Source: Tubulanus polymorphus
Lineage: Eukaryota > Animalia > Nemertea
Direction: 5' to 3'
Assembly (NCBI RefSeq): GCF_964204645.1
Contig: NC_134027.1
Location: 15,036,485-15,100,484 of the forward strand
DNA: 64,000 nucleotides
Shown here: positions 26,340 through 38,417 of the stretch, one piece after another
Numbering within the stretch: position 1 is the first letter of the stretch
Layout of the letters: every line of letters begins with the position of its first letter
The notes under the pieces: generated by a model
What the model was told of the DNA's origin: nothing
Databases searched by the model: none
What the model saw: only the letters and a program-made list of their open reading frames with translations
Translations under genes and position numbers: made by a program

Positions 26340-29300
26340 TTTATAGTAGGCCTAAATAGCCTAATAAAACCTACCTTCGGAGAAAGCAAGTCCCTTTCAG
26401 CTTTTAAAAATTAAGGCGTAGGCCTAGTGAAACTTGGGCGGGTAATTCCAGGGTGATTTGGTCTGCAGAGTTTCAAGAAGCAGTCAAAATTGAATTGAAT
26501 TGAATAGTCATTGGGACCGGTGACGATTTAGGTCTGTCTGCAGAGTTTCCAGAACCTGTCATGACAGGTGGGACCTCAGGTGACAGGTTGATTCGCTAAA
26601 ATGAAAATCGTTATGACTGAACCGATGATAGGCGATTAGAAGACATGATAGGCGCGGATTTAGAACATGATAGCCGATGAGAACACAAAGAACATATCGT
26701 AGTGCTTTCTGAATATATTATTCAAAAACAGGCGGTGCAACCAGGATAATCTAAGCTCATCTTGCTTTTGGCATCTTCATGTGTTCTTCAAACTTTTGAA
26801 ACTTTTCCCGTTGAATTACAGACTCGGCCCCTCTCCATCTCCTCTCCCCTATTGAATTCATCAGAATGCGTCACTTATTTTATATCATATCACATTATTT
26901 ACCATCAAATAAGGCCTCAGGCAGCCACATTAATCAATCTATTTGTCGTTGGAACTACTTTTTGTTCAGAAGAATATGCGCCTTCACCTATATTCCGCTG
27001 TGCTTCACAGACGTGCGCGCCACAAGAATCGCTGCGATGTAACCTGTGCGTGTACTGTATTAATGAAAAGCGTGCCTCATGTGGTGGCATTGTTAAAAGT
27101 TTTCCAGGAAACTGCTGTGATGGAGTGACTATCACCACAGAGAGTTGACCAGATCCGAAGGAGTAAAGTCGAAGAGCGTGTTGTATTTTATGAATCTAAA
27201 CAGCATCTGACTTTATTACTACAGTATAGGGTTACAGTATAGTACACATGGCGCGAAACAGCAACCAATCATATAAGAGAGACATCGACGAATCATATAA
27301 GAGAACCAACAGTCGTTCTCGACACTCCGGGGGCGGCGGTAAGCGCCAAATTTGAAAGTTTACTCCAAGATAACATGTATCGCATTAAATTGAAAGATAT
27401 TAATAATCACTATACTAAGTAATAGTTTCACGTATGAAATTGAATCGCCATAAGGGCTAGAAATAGAGACATTGCGTTGTGTTGAATAAATGAGTACATA
27501 AAGAATATTTCATAATAAATGACTATCTATAGAAAGCAAGTTAACATCGTATCTAATAACATTTAAATTCATTAATCCGCTTTATAGTAATAATAAGTCA
27601 TTCCCAACACCAAGAGTGATTAAACGATATTTCAAGTCCTTTCCGGTAAAGAAAAGTTTCGAAGCGAACGCGTTATTTGTTTAAGATCGGAAACGATTAA
27701 AGTTCGGAAAACGGTGTTGTCATATCGCGGAAAGACGGAATCGCGGAATTTTCCAAAAACGCGGAATTTCTTCATTTTAACTATAAATAGTAAACGGGTT
27801 TTCCCACGGGGATACCCACTGTCGGACAGGGCATCGGACCCAGGTTTTCAACCACGGGAATTAGTATTTGATAATTTATTATATCGCCAGTCAACAACTT
27901 AACGATACTGTTCCAAATAATGTAGAACCTAGGCAATACGTGCTTTGCGAATTCAGTGATACAGAGTATCGCTGCATTAACTGAAGGAATACAAATCGAT
28001 GGTACGTAAACGTAGGATTTTTGATGACACCAAGGGTCATTCTCCAGGACTCAGTTCCGAGTTAAGATTTGACTCTGGTCTCTGGATTTAAAACATTGGA
28101 AATGAATTGATTCTAAGTAACTCAGAGTTAACTCACAACTGTGGAACTGGATCGATGTCAGACGAAAATAAATAGACATTATGTACATTTCATTCTGGCT
28201 TAGGATTGTTCATGCGTGTTGTGTGTCTACATTGTTGTTATAAGCGAATGTGGTTTATCTTTTAGAATTAAATGATATGAAAGATTATAAAATGGTTTCG
28301 TTTTTTTTTAATGTTTTCTTTGTGACTGCTATAACATATATGTTCCTATGCTGATTATTTGGATCAAAAGAATCTCATTGGTACCGGTACTGGACGAATT
28401 TGACGAAGGAATTTGAACCGATTCTTGTTTGGTCGTAGGATTTCATGTTTGCAACCATCTAAAACTACGGTCCGACACCGCGAACGTGCTCAATATTTAT
28501 TTGATAATATTCGTTTCTGAAGTTCTCAAAAAGTCGATGAACTTCGATAACCGAAGTTTGCCCAGTAGAAATAGACATTAGGTGCCTGGTCTCTTTCACC
28601 CCACTTGATTCTGACTTCTTCTACAGGTAACCAGTCAACGGTATCGTAATATAATAAATCCATATAAAATTGCCTGCAAATAATGGGACTCGAACCTAAC
28701 TCGTTGCATCGATCGGTCCGGTGCCCTGTCCGACAGTGGGTATCCCCGTGGGAAAACCCGTTTTCTATTTAAAGTAAGAATGAAGAAATTCCGCGTTTTT
28801 GGAAAATTCCGCGATTCCGTGTAACGAGGTCCTATTCTGCCTGTTCCACAGTAGAAGTTTCCTCCAAATATCGACTCTGAGAGCCCAAAAACCAGTAAAA
28901 AGGCGGACAAAAGATATTAACACAATCACCTATTGTTCTGTATTTTCGAGAGAGAGGGCAGCACCCTCCAGTTACAACATAGAAAACGACTGATGGACAT
29001 ATTCCATCACACCACCCCCCCTTCAACTTGTTCAAACTCCTATTTGAACAGGAATATATAGTCAAAATATCTACACAAATTAAATTATAGTCCTTATTAT
29101 AGTATATTAAGCTCCAAACTTCTCGGCTCTGGATACAGTAGACATCTAACACGGCGTAGTCGTTGTTTCGCATTAGGGTTGCATCTCAGTGATGATAATA
29201 CATGCAGCTTTCGATCTCCACTAATGGTTTGTGGTTTGTTTTCGGGGCGCACCTAAGCGTAGTGTCTAACCAAAAATATCTATACCATCAAAAGGTAGAT

Positions 29301-29874
29301 ACGGCCAATGGACACTGCACTTGGCTTGCCCCTCTGCCACTGTTCCTCGTCCTGGGGAGCTGCAAAATACAATCAAAAGAAAACGGAAAGAAACTGTTCG
29401 CAATGGGGTGTGCTACATCTGGGGGTCACGTGTGGTAGTATTTGGACTGAATGGCTTTTTGTCACTATCATTACAAAGAATAAGCGACTCCAGGTGAACC
29501 ATCGTTAGGTACCGAAGGAAACACATTCAGACGCGATCTACCACACGGATTATTTCCCGACAGACATAGTGCATGGCCGACTTTTTGTAGTGGATCCCCA
29601 CAATCGAGACCTGCCGTTTAAGGGTCTGTGTCGCCTCGTGGAGGCTAGATAACTGGTCTAACTCGATACAGTCCATGCTAGAAACGATAAATAGTTCAAA
29701 ACATGAGTTGGCTGCAACGACAAGACTAAATGGTGGAGATTCCGTTCATTCAGATACCACCCGAATCATGCAAGGTGGGTGGTCCCAAGCATACCATAAG
29801 GAGGTGCAAGAGGTCTGAAATCCTAGTCACCACCAGTTACAAATGATAATAAACTGTCTACTAAAACTAAGTAA

Positions 29875-29901
29875 ATATATATATAGGGTTATATACAAGG
29901 G

Positions 29902-29978
<77 letters not shown>
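29875..29978. repeat. (TA)n microsatellite inside the Gypsy 3' region
   Basis: Direct reading. Confidence 0.9.
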
Positions 29979-29980
<2 letters not shown>

Positions 29981-30356
29981 ATTTAACCCTTTGATTTAAG
30001 GTACCGGCCCATTTCTAACCAGTAGCCTTTCCTCATGTTAATCCGGGACCGAACTTCGCGACATTTCTGGCAATTTTGGATCAGTTCTATATCAAAAATG
30101 TTGTTCTGCTCAATCTTGTCCGCGGCTACTGGAGGTCCTATAAGTGTGTTTGGATCCACCAAAGGGTCTGAGGCTCTATTTTGGTTGGCTAGCGAATCAT
30201 CGTTGTTGACTGTACATGAGTTTACGAACCGACTAGGGCGCCTGATCCCTACTCTGGGCCTGAGTCTTCTGTGGCCCTCAGTGTTTGTAATGTTCAAAGG
30301 CCCAGGCTTGGAGCGGTTTTGAGTAGGAGGCTCGCGATGGTTTTGGGTAGGGTTTG

Positions 30357-31761
30357 TTACAAGAGGTTCTTGAATAACTGCCGTTGTCTCGGGGTGTGAC
30401 CGTGTCCAGACACAGTCTTCATCTTCCTCCCCCTCGTCGTCATTGAGGGTTGGTTGCTCCTCGGGATCGGTCGTTTTAACCGGTTCCTGTCTAGGTTTTT
30501 TTTATGACCTATGGTCACGGTCTCACTAGACAGGAAGCACGGTTTCATATCATTGAAGTGCACAACCCGCATTCTCTTCACCGCCCTCGGATCGGCGCCT
30601 GGTTCCAGGACAACCCTGTAATTCACCTCCGATAGTCTCTCGGTCACGACGTAAGGCCCTTTCCATTTCCGGTGGAACTTAGATGCCTCGTCCTTCTTCA
30701 AGAAATGGCTCATCAGCCACACGCGATCCCCGACCTTGTAACCCCCGCGTTTTGCGAAACGGTCATAGTCCATTTTCTGACGCCTTTGTGCCATCACTAG
30801 TCGATCACGAACAATGTTGTGTGACTTAGTGAGGTGGTCAGAGAGGTCCATGCCATACTTAGTCCTTGGTTGGTGGTCCTCGGGCAAGCCTACGCTGATG
30901 TCGATTGGTAGTGACATTTCCTCGGCGTACATCAAGTAGAACGGCGTTTCAAGAGTGGAGTGCTGGACGCTTGAACGAAATGCCATCAAACACGCAGGTA
31001 GTTCCTTGTCCCAGTTTGTTCCACACTCATTGACGGCTGTAGTCAGCATGGCCTTCAGGTCGGGACTTATTGAAATTTTCCACCTGCCCATTGCCCATAG
31101 GATGGTAGGCAGTGGTTCTGGTCTTTTCAATAGCCAAGATCCTACACATCTCCATGAAAACTTTCGACTCGAAGTTCGCGCCTTTGTCCGAGTGGATGGA
31201 TTCAGGGCAGCCGTAACGGGTGACCCACTCGTTCACAAGGGCACGTGCCACCACGGAGGCCTTTTCCGTGCGGATTGGCCATGCTTCGGGCCACTTAGTG
31301 AATGCATCTTGAGCCACTAGAATGTAGACATTGCCGCGGCGGGTTCTCGGTAATGGGCCCACGATGTCTATATGTACACGCTGTAAGCGTCGCCCTACCG
31401 GTGTAGACATCATTGGGGCTTTTGGTAGTTTGGACGGGGACTTGCACTCTTGGCAAGTTTTGCAGCCCCGAACAAAATCCCTGACCCTAGCTGAGAGGCC
31501 TAATACCCAGAATCTTTCCCTAATTTTGCACTCTGTCTTTTTGGTACCGAGATGTTTTCCGGCAAATCCCTGATGTATGACTCCTATGGTTCCATCAGTC
31601 AGTGAAATGGGTAGTACCACTCGGTGTCTCGTTGAGGTAGCCCCCGGAAGTGGTTTAAGCGCAAGAATGCCATCTAAAAGCTCTAGACGCTCAACCAGAC
31701 TATAGAGGCTCCTCGCTGTTCTACCACACCGTTGTAGCCGTTTCTTGTCCTTGACCCTCAT
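30357..31761 (-). pseudogene. Gypsy integrase, frameshifted
   Basis: HHCC (H...HLG...CKTC), HIDIVGP, SDKG..F, GNGQVE and GPY/F motifs split over two ORFs. Confidence 0.88.
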
Positions 31762-34526
31762 TTCTCCCTAATTTCTGATATTTCGGGGTCATTTACTTGC
31801 GCCTCGATTATTTTGTTCCTGGACAAGCCAGTGGAGTGCGCTGTCAAATCGCCCCGATGTTTTGCAGTCACCTGGTTTATAGATGGACCAGTGTCACCAC
31901 AAGTTGGGCAGTCCCCATGTTTCCTCTGTCTCTTAGGGATGCGAGACAGGGCGTCTGCGTTCAAATGTTTGCTTCCAGCTCGATGTTCGATCACGAAATC
32001 ATATTCCGACAGGCGTTCAAGCCACCGAGCCACTTGGCCCTCAGGGTTTTTGAAGGTTTGTAGCCACTTGAGTGCTGCGTGGTCTGTGCGAACTTTGAAT
32101 TTCCTGCCTAGTAAATGGTGGCGGAAGTGATCAATCATGGCAACCAAGGCCAACATTTCGCGCCTGGTGGCACAATAGTTCTCCTCTCCACCTTTCAGCG
32201 TGCGGCTACTGTACTCGATCACTCTCTCAGAACCATCGTGTTGTAGTTGTGACAGCACCCCTCCGATAGCCCAGTTAGAGGCGTCACAGTCCAAAATGAA
32301 CTCTCCAGCGCCCTCCGAGAAATCTGGGAATGCCAGGATAGGGGAGCTGGTCAGCTTTTCTTTCAGTCCGTCAAACGCTAGTTGTTGCTTGGATGTCCAG
32401 ACGAATGGTTCATTTTTCCTCGTAAGGCGGTGTAGCGGGGCTGTCAAGTCGGCGAAATCCTTGATGAATTGCGAGTAATATGTCACAAGACCAAGGAAAC
32501 TACGCAGTTTGGTAACTGACGTTGGGGTCGGCCAATCCCTGACTCTATCGCATTTGGCACCGTCAGTTTCGACACCGGCCTCGCTTACTACATGCCCCAA
32601 AAACTTGAGGCGCCGCTGGAAAAGCGAGCATTTCCTCGGTTTTAGCTTGAGACCAGCTTTCTGAAAGCAACGAAATACCTCTTGTAATCGCGTCAGATGG
32701 GTTGGTAGATCGTGACTAAACACCACTACATCATCCAGGTAGATAAGGCATGTTTTCCATGCAACATCATCCAGTACCATTGCCATCAGTCTGCTGAATG
32801 ACGCCAGGGCATTACAGACTCCAAACGGCATGACATTCCACTCGAATAGATGGTTTTCAGTCGTGAATGCGGTCTTATGTTTGTCTGATTCCTTTATTGG
32901 GACCTGCCAGTATCCGCTGGTTAAATCGAGGGACGAGAACCAGGTTGCGCCCGATAAAGCCTCTAGGGTACTGTCTATTCTACCTAGTGGGTGAGCGTCT
33001 TTGACTGTTGCGTCATTGAGTCGGCGGTAATCGCAGCATAGACGCAGGGAACCATCGGCCTTTTTCGCTAGAACTATTGGGCTTGACCACGGGCTGGTGG
33101 ATGGCCGGATCAAGTCGTGTTCTAAAAGCTCATTGGTCGTCCCCTCAACAAAAGCTCTCCTACCGGGGGGTAGCCGACGGGGATGTTGTTTTATCGGTGG
33201 GTGGTCACCGGTGTCAATCTCGAATTCAAGCGAATCTGTTCGATCAATGTCAAAGTCTCCCATCGAGAATACTGACTTGTGCTCCCGTATGGTGTCAACA
33301 AGCTGTGTTTTCATGTCAGTGGGGATTTCAAGCTGGTCGATTTTCAATTCTCTCAAGAGGTCCATGAATTCAGTATTGTCACCACCCTGCAGCTGGATTT
33401 TTGGAGTTGACTGGTTTTGAGCATGGTCGTCGACAGTCATGATGTCAACTGACTGTAGGGGGCAGAATAGACCAATAGTCTGGCCCCTGTCGACTCTACA
33501 AGCCTCATCCGAGAAGTTAGCCAGCCGAACTGGTATCTGGTTTGCCGCCTCCGGTACCACCAGTGTTTTCCCAGTGCAAAAATTATTCCGTCCACAGCTG
33601 CTGATCATCCCTGAGGTCGAATTATTATGAGCATAACTCCGTTTCGTGTATCCATTTACCACCACCTCGGATCCAGCTGGAATGATTTGGCTCTTACTGA
33701 TGAACACCCTGCAAGCGCTCGCGCGTTTGGGGCTCTGGCGGACAGGCACCTCGCTGAGGCTTCCGAAGCGGAGCACTTTGTTACGGTAATCTATGTTGCA
33801 GCCATATTTCTCGAAGAAATCACTTCCAAGCAAGCAGTCTTGTGCCAAATCCTCGCTGACGATCATGGGGACATGAAATTCCTCAGTTCCAACTCTCAGA
33901 CATACATCAGCTAATCCACGTAACTCCATTGGCTGACCGGTAGCCGTTGTCACGATTCCTTCGATTGGCCTCAGTGCAGCGGCTTCACCAGTCGGGCTAC
34001 TAGAGTCCCATACCGAACCTCTAATGATTGTGCAGGAGGCACCAGTGTCCAGGAGTACCACCGCTTTCGAATGGTCATTTACTACGGCATCACAGAAAAG
34101 GCCCGAGGCGTGGAGCCTCACTGTTCCGATGTTTGTAACTAAGCTCGTCTGGGCTGGTTCTGTTCCTGTTGTTTGAACCTTGGTGTCGCGCAACTTGTGG
34201 CAAGTGTTTTCCGTAGCCGGACTGGGAGCCTCACTGTTCTCCGAAGGGTCACGTCGATTTTCTTCTATACTTTGGGTATGTTGTGGTGGTCTAACAGTGA
34301 TGGTTCTAGTAGGATGCGGACCATCAGTAGGTGTATCTCCACTAGAATCACATGCCGGGCCAGCAACCACATATCCATCTTGAGGTGTCGTTTGCATATG
34401 GTTTGATGGTCTCGATATCATTTGAATATGGTTTGATGGTCTCACGGTGGTGGAGCTAGTATGATGGTAACCATCAATAGGTGCATCTCTACTTGCATCG
34501 CACGTTAGACCATTTGCCATATTCAT
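31758..34526 (-). CDS. pol: Gypsy Pol (protease, RT, RNase H)
   Basis: LLDTGAS protease motif, YLDD RT motif, DCDAS...RREMLA...TDH RNase H. Lies in the -1 frame relative to gag. Confidence 0.92.
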   Translation of the reverse strand: MNMANGLTCDASRDAPIDGYHHTSSTTVRPSNHIQMISRPSNHMQTTPQDGYVVAGPACDSSGDTPTDGPHPTRTITVRPPQHTQSIEENRRDPSENSEAPSPATENTCHKLRDTKVQTTGTEPAQTSLVTNIGTVRLHASGLFCDAVVNDHSKAVVLLDTGASCTIIRGSVWDSSSPTGEAAALRPIEGIVTTATGQPMELRGLADVCLRVGTEEFHVPMIVSEDLAQDCLLGSDFFEKYGCNIDYRNKVLRFGSLSEVPVRQSPKRASACRVFISKSQIIPAGSEVVVNGYTKRSYAHNNSTSGMISSCGRNNFCTGKTLVVPEAANQIPVRLANFSDEACRVDRGQTIGLFCPLQSVDIMTVDDHAQNQSTPKIQLQGGDNTEFMDLLRELKIDQLEIPTDMKTQLVDTIREHKSVFSMGDFDIDRTDSLEFEIDTGDHPPIKQHPRRLPPGRRAFVEGTTNELLEHDLIRPSTSPWSSPIVLAKKADGSLRLCCDYRRLNDATVKDAHPLGRIDSTLEALSGATWFSSLDLTSGYWQVPIKESDKHKTAFTTENHLFEWNVMPFGVCNALASFSRLMAMVLDDVAWKTCLIYLDDVVVFSHDLPTHLTRLQEVFRCFQKAGLKLKPRKCSLFQRRLKFLGHVVSEAGVETDGAKCDRVRDWPTPTSVTKLRSFLGLVTYYSQFIKDFADLTAPLHRLTRKNEPFVWTSKQQLAFDGLKEKLTSSPILAFPDFSEGAGEFILDCDASNWAIGGVLSQLQHDGSERVIEYSSRTLKGGEENYCATRREMLALVAMIDHFRHHLLGRKFKVRTDHAALKWLQTFKNPEGQVARWLERLSEYDFVIEHRAGSKHLNADALSRIPKRQRKHGDCPTCGDTGPSINQVTAKHRGDLTAHSTGLSRNKIIEAQVNDPEISEIREK

Positions 34527-34567
34527 CCGATTTTTCCTACGTCTTGCGGGGGGTATATACAGCGGTA

Positions 34568-34631
34568 CAGGGGGGACTATTTCCTGATGGGGTTTCCACT
34601 GCCCCCCTGAAAACCCCGCTTCTCGTTTCCC
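34568..34631 (-). promoter_or_regulatory. -1 ribosomal frameshift signal: slippery G GGA AAC plus H-type pseudoknot
   Basis: GGGAAAC (34631-34625), 7-nt spacer, stem 1 GGGGTTTT/GGAAACCCC, stem 2 CAGGGGGG/CCCCCCTG. The -1 frame is open through to the pol ORF. Confidence 0.8.
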
Positions 34632-35695
34632 TGGTTTCCCTTAGGTAGGTGGCAGTTACTTGAATAGTGACCACTCCCCCCGCAATTATAGCATTTAACT
34701 TGTGGGCACAAGTTTTTGGGGTGGTCTGCATCCCTGCAACGCCAACATTTGTCATCGGCGGGCGGTCGACGATTGCCATTACCAGAGACAACTGCTTCCA
34801 AATGGCCTACTCGAGTCATCAGCGTTCCCATCATCGATTTCAATTCGTCGAGTTGTTTGGTGTTGGCTGAGCTAGTCGAGTCGAGCTGGGTCTGGTTAAC
34901 GGATACTTTTTGTTTATGAGTCGTGCCCTCAGTCAACCGTCTCGCTGTTTCCACAGTCCGTGCTTGAGCGACTGCTGCAGCCAACGAACTTGGCTGGGCT
35001 GCATACATTGACTGCTTCGCTGAGACGGGTAGGCTATTACCTTTAAGGAATTGGTCTTTGGCCAATTCATCCTGCAGCTCGAAGGCAATGCCAGGGTATG
35101 CGTTCCTTGCCAGTTCTGCTAACTCGTCGGCATAGCGTTCCACAGATTCAGTTGTCTTTTGGTCCCTCCCTTTCAACAACATCTTAAAGTCATCCACAGT
35201 CTTTGTTTGTTGGAAACGGGATGATAGCCGCCGACAGAAATCATCATACGACAGGCTCGAGTCGAGACGAAGGTTCGAGACAGCCTGGTATGCCTCATGG
35301 TCAAGTCGCATCATCAGGTGTGATTTACGCTGTTCGCCCCCGTTGATGCGAGAACTAATCTGGGCCAGGTCAGCGAACGCGTCAAACCTTTCGAGCCAAA
35401 CGCGGAAATTGTGTCCCATGGTATAGGGCTTGGGTACCGGAATATTGTGCATTTTCGGGGTGGGTGCATCTCTCGTCACGACCCTCTCCATCACTTCAGT
35501 CAGTCGCTGGAGGATGGAATCCTCAGATATTTTCAAATTTTCGGCTTTTGTCTTCGTTGGACGGCCACGTTTTGGTTTTAACGAGAGGTTACCCTCCCCG
35601 CTAACCAGGAGGTCATGATGTGCAGCTCCGGCCGTTGGTGACATAGGCCTAGATAAGGCCAAGGGCTCACACACATCATTCTCAACATCCGACAT
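34577..35695 (-). CDS. gag: Gypsy Gag with two zinc knuckles
   Basis: 372-aa ORF containing CWRCRDADHPKNLC and CYNCGGSGHYSSNC. Confidence 0.9.
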   Translation of the reverse strand: MSDVENDVCEPLALSRPMSPTAGAAHHDLLVSGEGNLSLKPKRGRPTKTKAENLKISEDSILQRLTEVMERVVTRDAPTPKMHNIPVPKPYTMGHNFRVWLERFDAFADLAQISSRINGGEQRKSHLMMRLDHEAYQAVSNLRLDSSLSYDDFCRRLSSRFQQTKTVDDFKMLLKGRDQKTTESVERYADELAELARNAYPGIAFELQDELAKDQFLKGNSLPVSAKQSMYAAQPSSLAAAVAQARTVETARRLTEGTTHKQKVSVNQTQLDSTSSANTKQLDELKSMMGTLMTRVGHLEAVVSGNGNRRPPADDKCWRCRDADHPKNLCPQVKCYNCGGSGHYSSNCHLPKGNQGNEKRGFQGGSGNPIRK

Positions 35696-36730
35696 AATTA
35701 CTATTCTTTTATATAAATGACACAGAAAATACAGGACCGCAAATAAATGTAGGGGAAACAGGCACTTAAAAATACTAAGTATGTACTAGGAATTACGAAG
35801 TAGGTAAAAAAATACGTTAAGTACACACAAAAAGTAACCGTAATTTACACAGACTAAACGGAGAAAAACGTGTTCACCGCTTCAACTCAATTTCAACTGG
35901 TTTTTTCACAATCAAATCCCACTGAGCTGCCACCAGATGCAACGAGGTCCTATTCTGCCTGTTCCACAGTAGAAGTTTCCTCCAAATATCGACTCTGAGA
36001 GCCCAAAAACCAGTAAAAAGGCGGACAAAAGATATTAACACAATCACCTATTGTTCTGTATTTTCGAGAGAGAGGGCAGCACCCTCCAGTTACAACATAG
36101 AAAACGACTGATGGACATATTCCATCACATCCGTCTTTCCGCGATATGACAACACCGTTCAGAAAACGCGTAAAAACGATAACGTGTTTGACCTCGCGGC
36201 CGACGAAGAATTTAACGTAAACACGCAAGCAGAATCACGTGATGTAAACATAGTCGAGTAAAAAGGCAATAATAGCCTACGCATCGGTTTCATACATATA
36301 ATCCAGACAGAGTTCAGTCTTTTAATAATTTCGTCCAATTTCTAGCTGAGCGTTGGCTGCGGCCAGCCTGGTCGCACGCGTTTTCGGTTGATTTGTATCG
36401 GTAATCGTACCGGTATCCGATGAATCATCGACAGATTTCGCGTTAATTTCCAGCGGTCGGTTCGTACGGCCGGTACTTGTTCTAATATCCGCTGATCGCA
36501 CAAGTCCATCGGCGCTAACGTTTAATTTCTCGACGAGTGCCATACGCCAGTGTATTCGCTTCTTGTTGTCCTCGTGCACTAAAACAATGTCGCCAGTTTT
36601 TATTTTGTTTTCGAGTTTCCCGTTGAGTTTCGCACGTTCTCTGAGCGCTATCAAGTATTCACGGCTCCAACGTCGTTTGAATGAACTCAAAAGTTCTTGC
36701 AACGTTTGATTACGGCGTTGAATATCGGTA

Positions 36731-36924
36731 AGTAATAGGGGTTTAGTTGTTCTAGATCAAAGGTCGAACGGTCGAGAAATTTTCCAAATGTGAAAATAAC
36801 AATAATTTCTACTTGAATTAGTCGCGCACACTCCTAATTCAAGTAGAAATTATTGTTATTTCACATTTGGAAAAATTTCTCGACCATTCAACCTTTAACC
36901 TAGAACAACTAAACCCCTATTACT
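36731..36924. repeat. 194-bp imperfect palindrome AGTAATAGGGG...CCCCTATTACT
   Basis: ~90-bp arms around a 12-nt loop (TCGCGCACACTC). No TSD seen. Confidence 0.85.
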
Positions 36925-37311
36925 CTTAAAATATTCATATGCATGAATAAAATATATATGAATAGCATTTAAATTGATAGATTATTCAATATAAAAGTGT
37001 GAGCTCTTATAGAATAGATATATAGATATATTTTAAACATTATTTCAATATTTATATTTGTATGAGTTAGATTTTTAAACATTAAAAGTGTTAGTAAAGT
37101 GTGATTGAAATAATTCATATATAAATCATTGAATATTTATATTTATATGCGTTAAATCAAAAAGATTTAAATAAAAAAACAATAAGTTACTTTATCTAAT
37201 ACTAACTTATTTAACTTATTGTTTTTTTATTTAAATCTTTTTGATTTCTATTCGCGCTATTGGTTAACAAGAATTGACTAGAATTCAAATAGATTTAACA
37301 AGAAATTCAAT

Positions 37312-37861
37312 AAACAATTTATCATTTCAACTGCCAAACAATTTATCATTTCAACTGTCAAACAATTCATCATTTCAACTGTCAAACAATTTATCATTTC
37401 AACTGTCAAACAATTTATCATTTCAACTGTCAAACAATTTATCATTTCAACTGCCAAACAATTTATCATTTCAACTGCCAAACAATTTATCATTTCAACT
37501 GTCAAACAATTTATCATTTCAACTGTCTTATCATTTCAACAGTCGAACAATTTATCATTTCAACTGTCAAACAATTTATCATTTCAACTGTCAAACAATT
37601 TATCATTTCAACTGTCAAACAATTTATCATATCAACTGCCAAACAATTTATCATTTCAACTATCAAACAATTTATCATTTCAACTGCCAAACAATTTATC
37701 ATTTCAACTGTCAAACAATTTATCATTTCAACTGTCAAACAATTTATCATTTCAACTGTCAAACAATTTATCATTTCAACTGTCAAACAATTTATCATTT
37801 CAACTGCCAAACAATTTATCATTTCAACTGTCAAACAATTTATCATTTCATGCTAAACAAT
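37312..37861. repeat. 24-bp minisatellite AAACAATTTATCATTTCAACTG(T/C)C, about 23 copies
   Basis: Head-to-tail units without spacers; one truncated unit near 37527. Confidence 0.95.
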
Positions 37862-38417
37862 TCATGATCTTTAGGATAGTTTCTGAAATCAAAATGATGT
37901 TTTAATGTTTTTAAATCATCAGTTATGTTATTAGTTTTTATCTTTAATACGTGTTATGATATTTTGATTTAAGATGGTGTGATTTATTGCTTCGAGTATA
38001 ATATTTTCCACAATTACATTGGATCGTTTAAAAACTGGAGTTTTCCATTTATACAATTTTGAATTTGCCACACTTTTATAGTGGCGCTACTGTCGCTGGT
38101 TAATTCATAGGCTTCAGGGCAGAAATTAAAATGGTGTCTTTGAGGTTGATTTAGAGCTTGTTCACCCCTCTGGAAAATCAAAATAATAAGACGAAAGTTG
38201 TAAGTTTGATTTATATTATAGCATTATTATAACGAAAATACTTTATACTATTTGTCATATTCAATCTTTGTGCAATTGAGTGACCAGTTTGTTATTAATT
38301 CCAGATTGAATGTCTGTCTCTGAAACGAGCTGAAATAAAATCTAAAACAGAACAGTCAATACAATAATTCGTCGTAGTTTCGAGTTCTTTCTGCAACACT
38401 ATTCAATAACTACGTAA

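Larger units (their letters stand above)
28820..36129 (-). mobile_element. Near full-length Gypsy/Ty3 LTR retrotransposon
   Basis: 192-bp LTRs at 28820-29011 and 35938-36129 (1 mismatch seen), 4-bp TSD TCCG, PBS TGGTGGCAGC...GTGGGAT (tRNA-Leu-like), G-rich PPT next to 29011. Confidence 0.95.
27712..36157. mobile_element. ~1.13-kb Mutator-like MITE, copy 1, interrupted by a Gypsy
   Basis: ~130-bp TIR CGGTGTTGTCATATCGCGGAAAGACGG. TSD TTCGGAAAA/TTCAGAAAA (9 bp, 1 mismatch). Inverse copy of 53844-54989. Confidence 0.85.
27179..36720 (-). mobile_element. BEL/Pao 3' remnant (probable LTR 27179-27324; C-terminal ORF 36322-36702) hosting nested insertions
   Basis: The ORF has the BEL motif RRWSREYLIALRE...GDIVLV...W...GLVRSA. 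The LTR-like TGTTG...CGACA has an adjacent PPT-like CCCCCGGAG on the minus strand. Linking the two pieces is inferred from the nesting. Confidence 0.6.

Noticed and set aside
26762-27148. Cys-rich 128-aa ORF and overlapping ORFs
   Set aside because: No recognisable domain or splice context; not supportable without a search.
31797-35618. Numerous plus-strand ORFs over the Gypsy
   Set aside because: They are antisense shadows of gag-pol with no recognisable motifs.
37274-37867. CRISPR-like array, or repeat-protein ORFs (NNLSFQLS / MINCLTVE)
   Set aside because: The units are contiguous 24-mers with no unique spacers and no cas genes. The ORFs are open only because the unit lacks stops in those frames.
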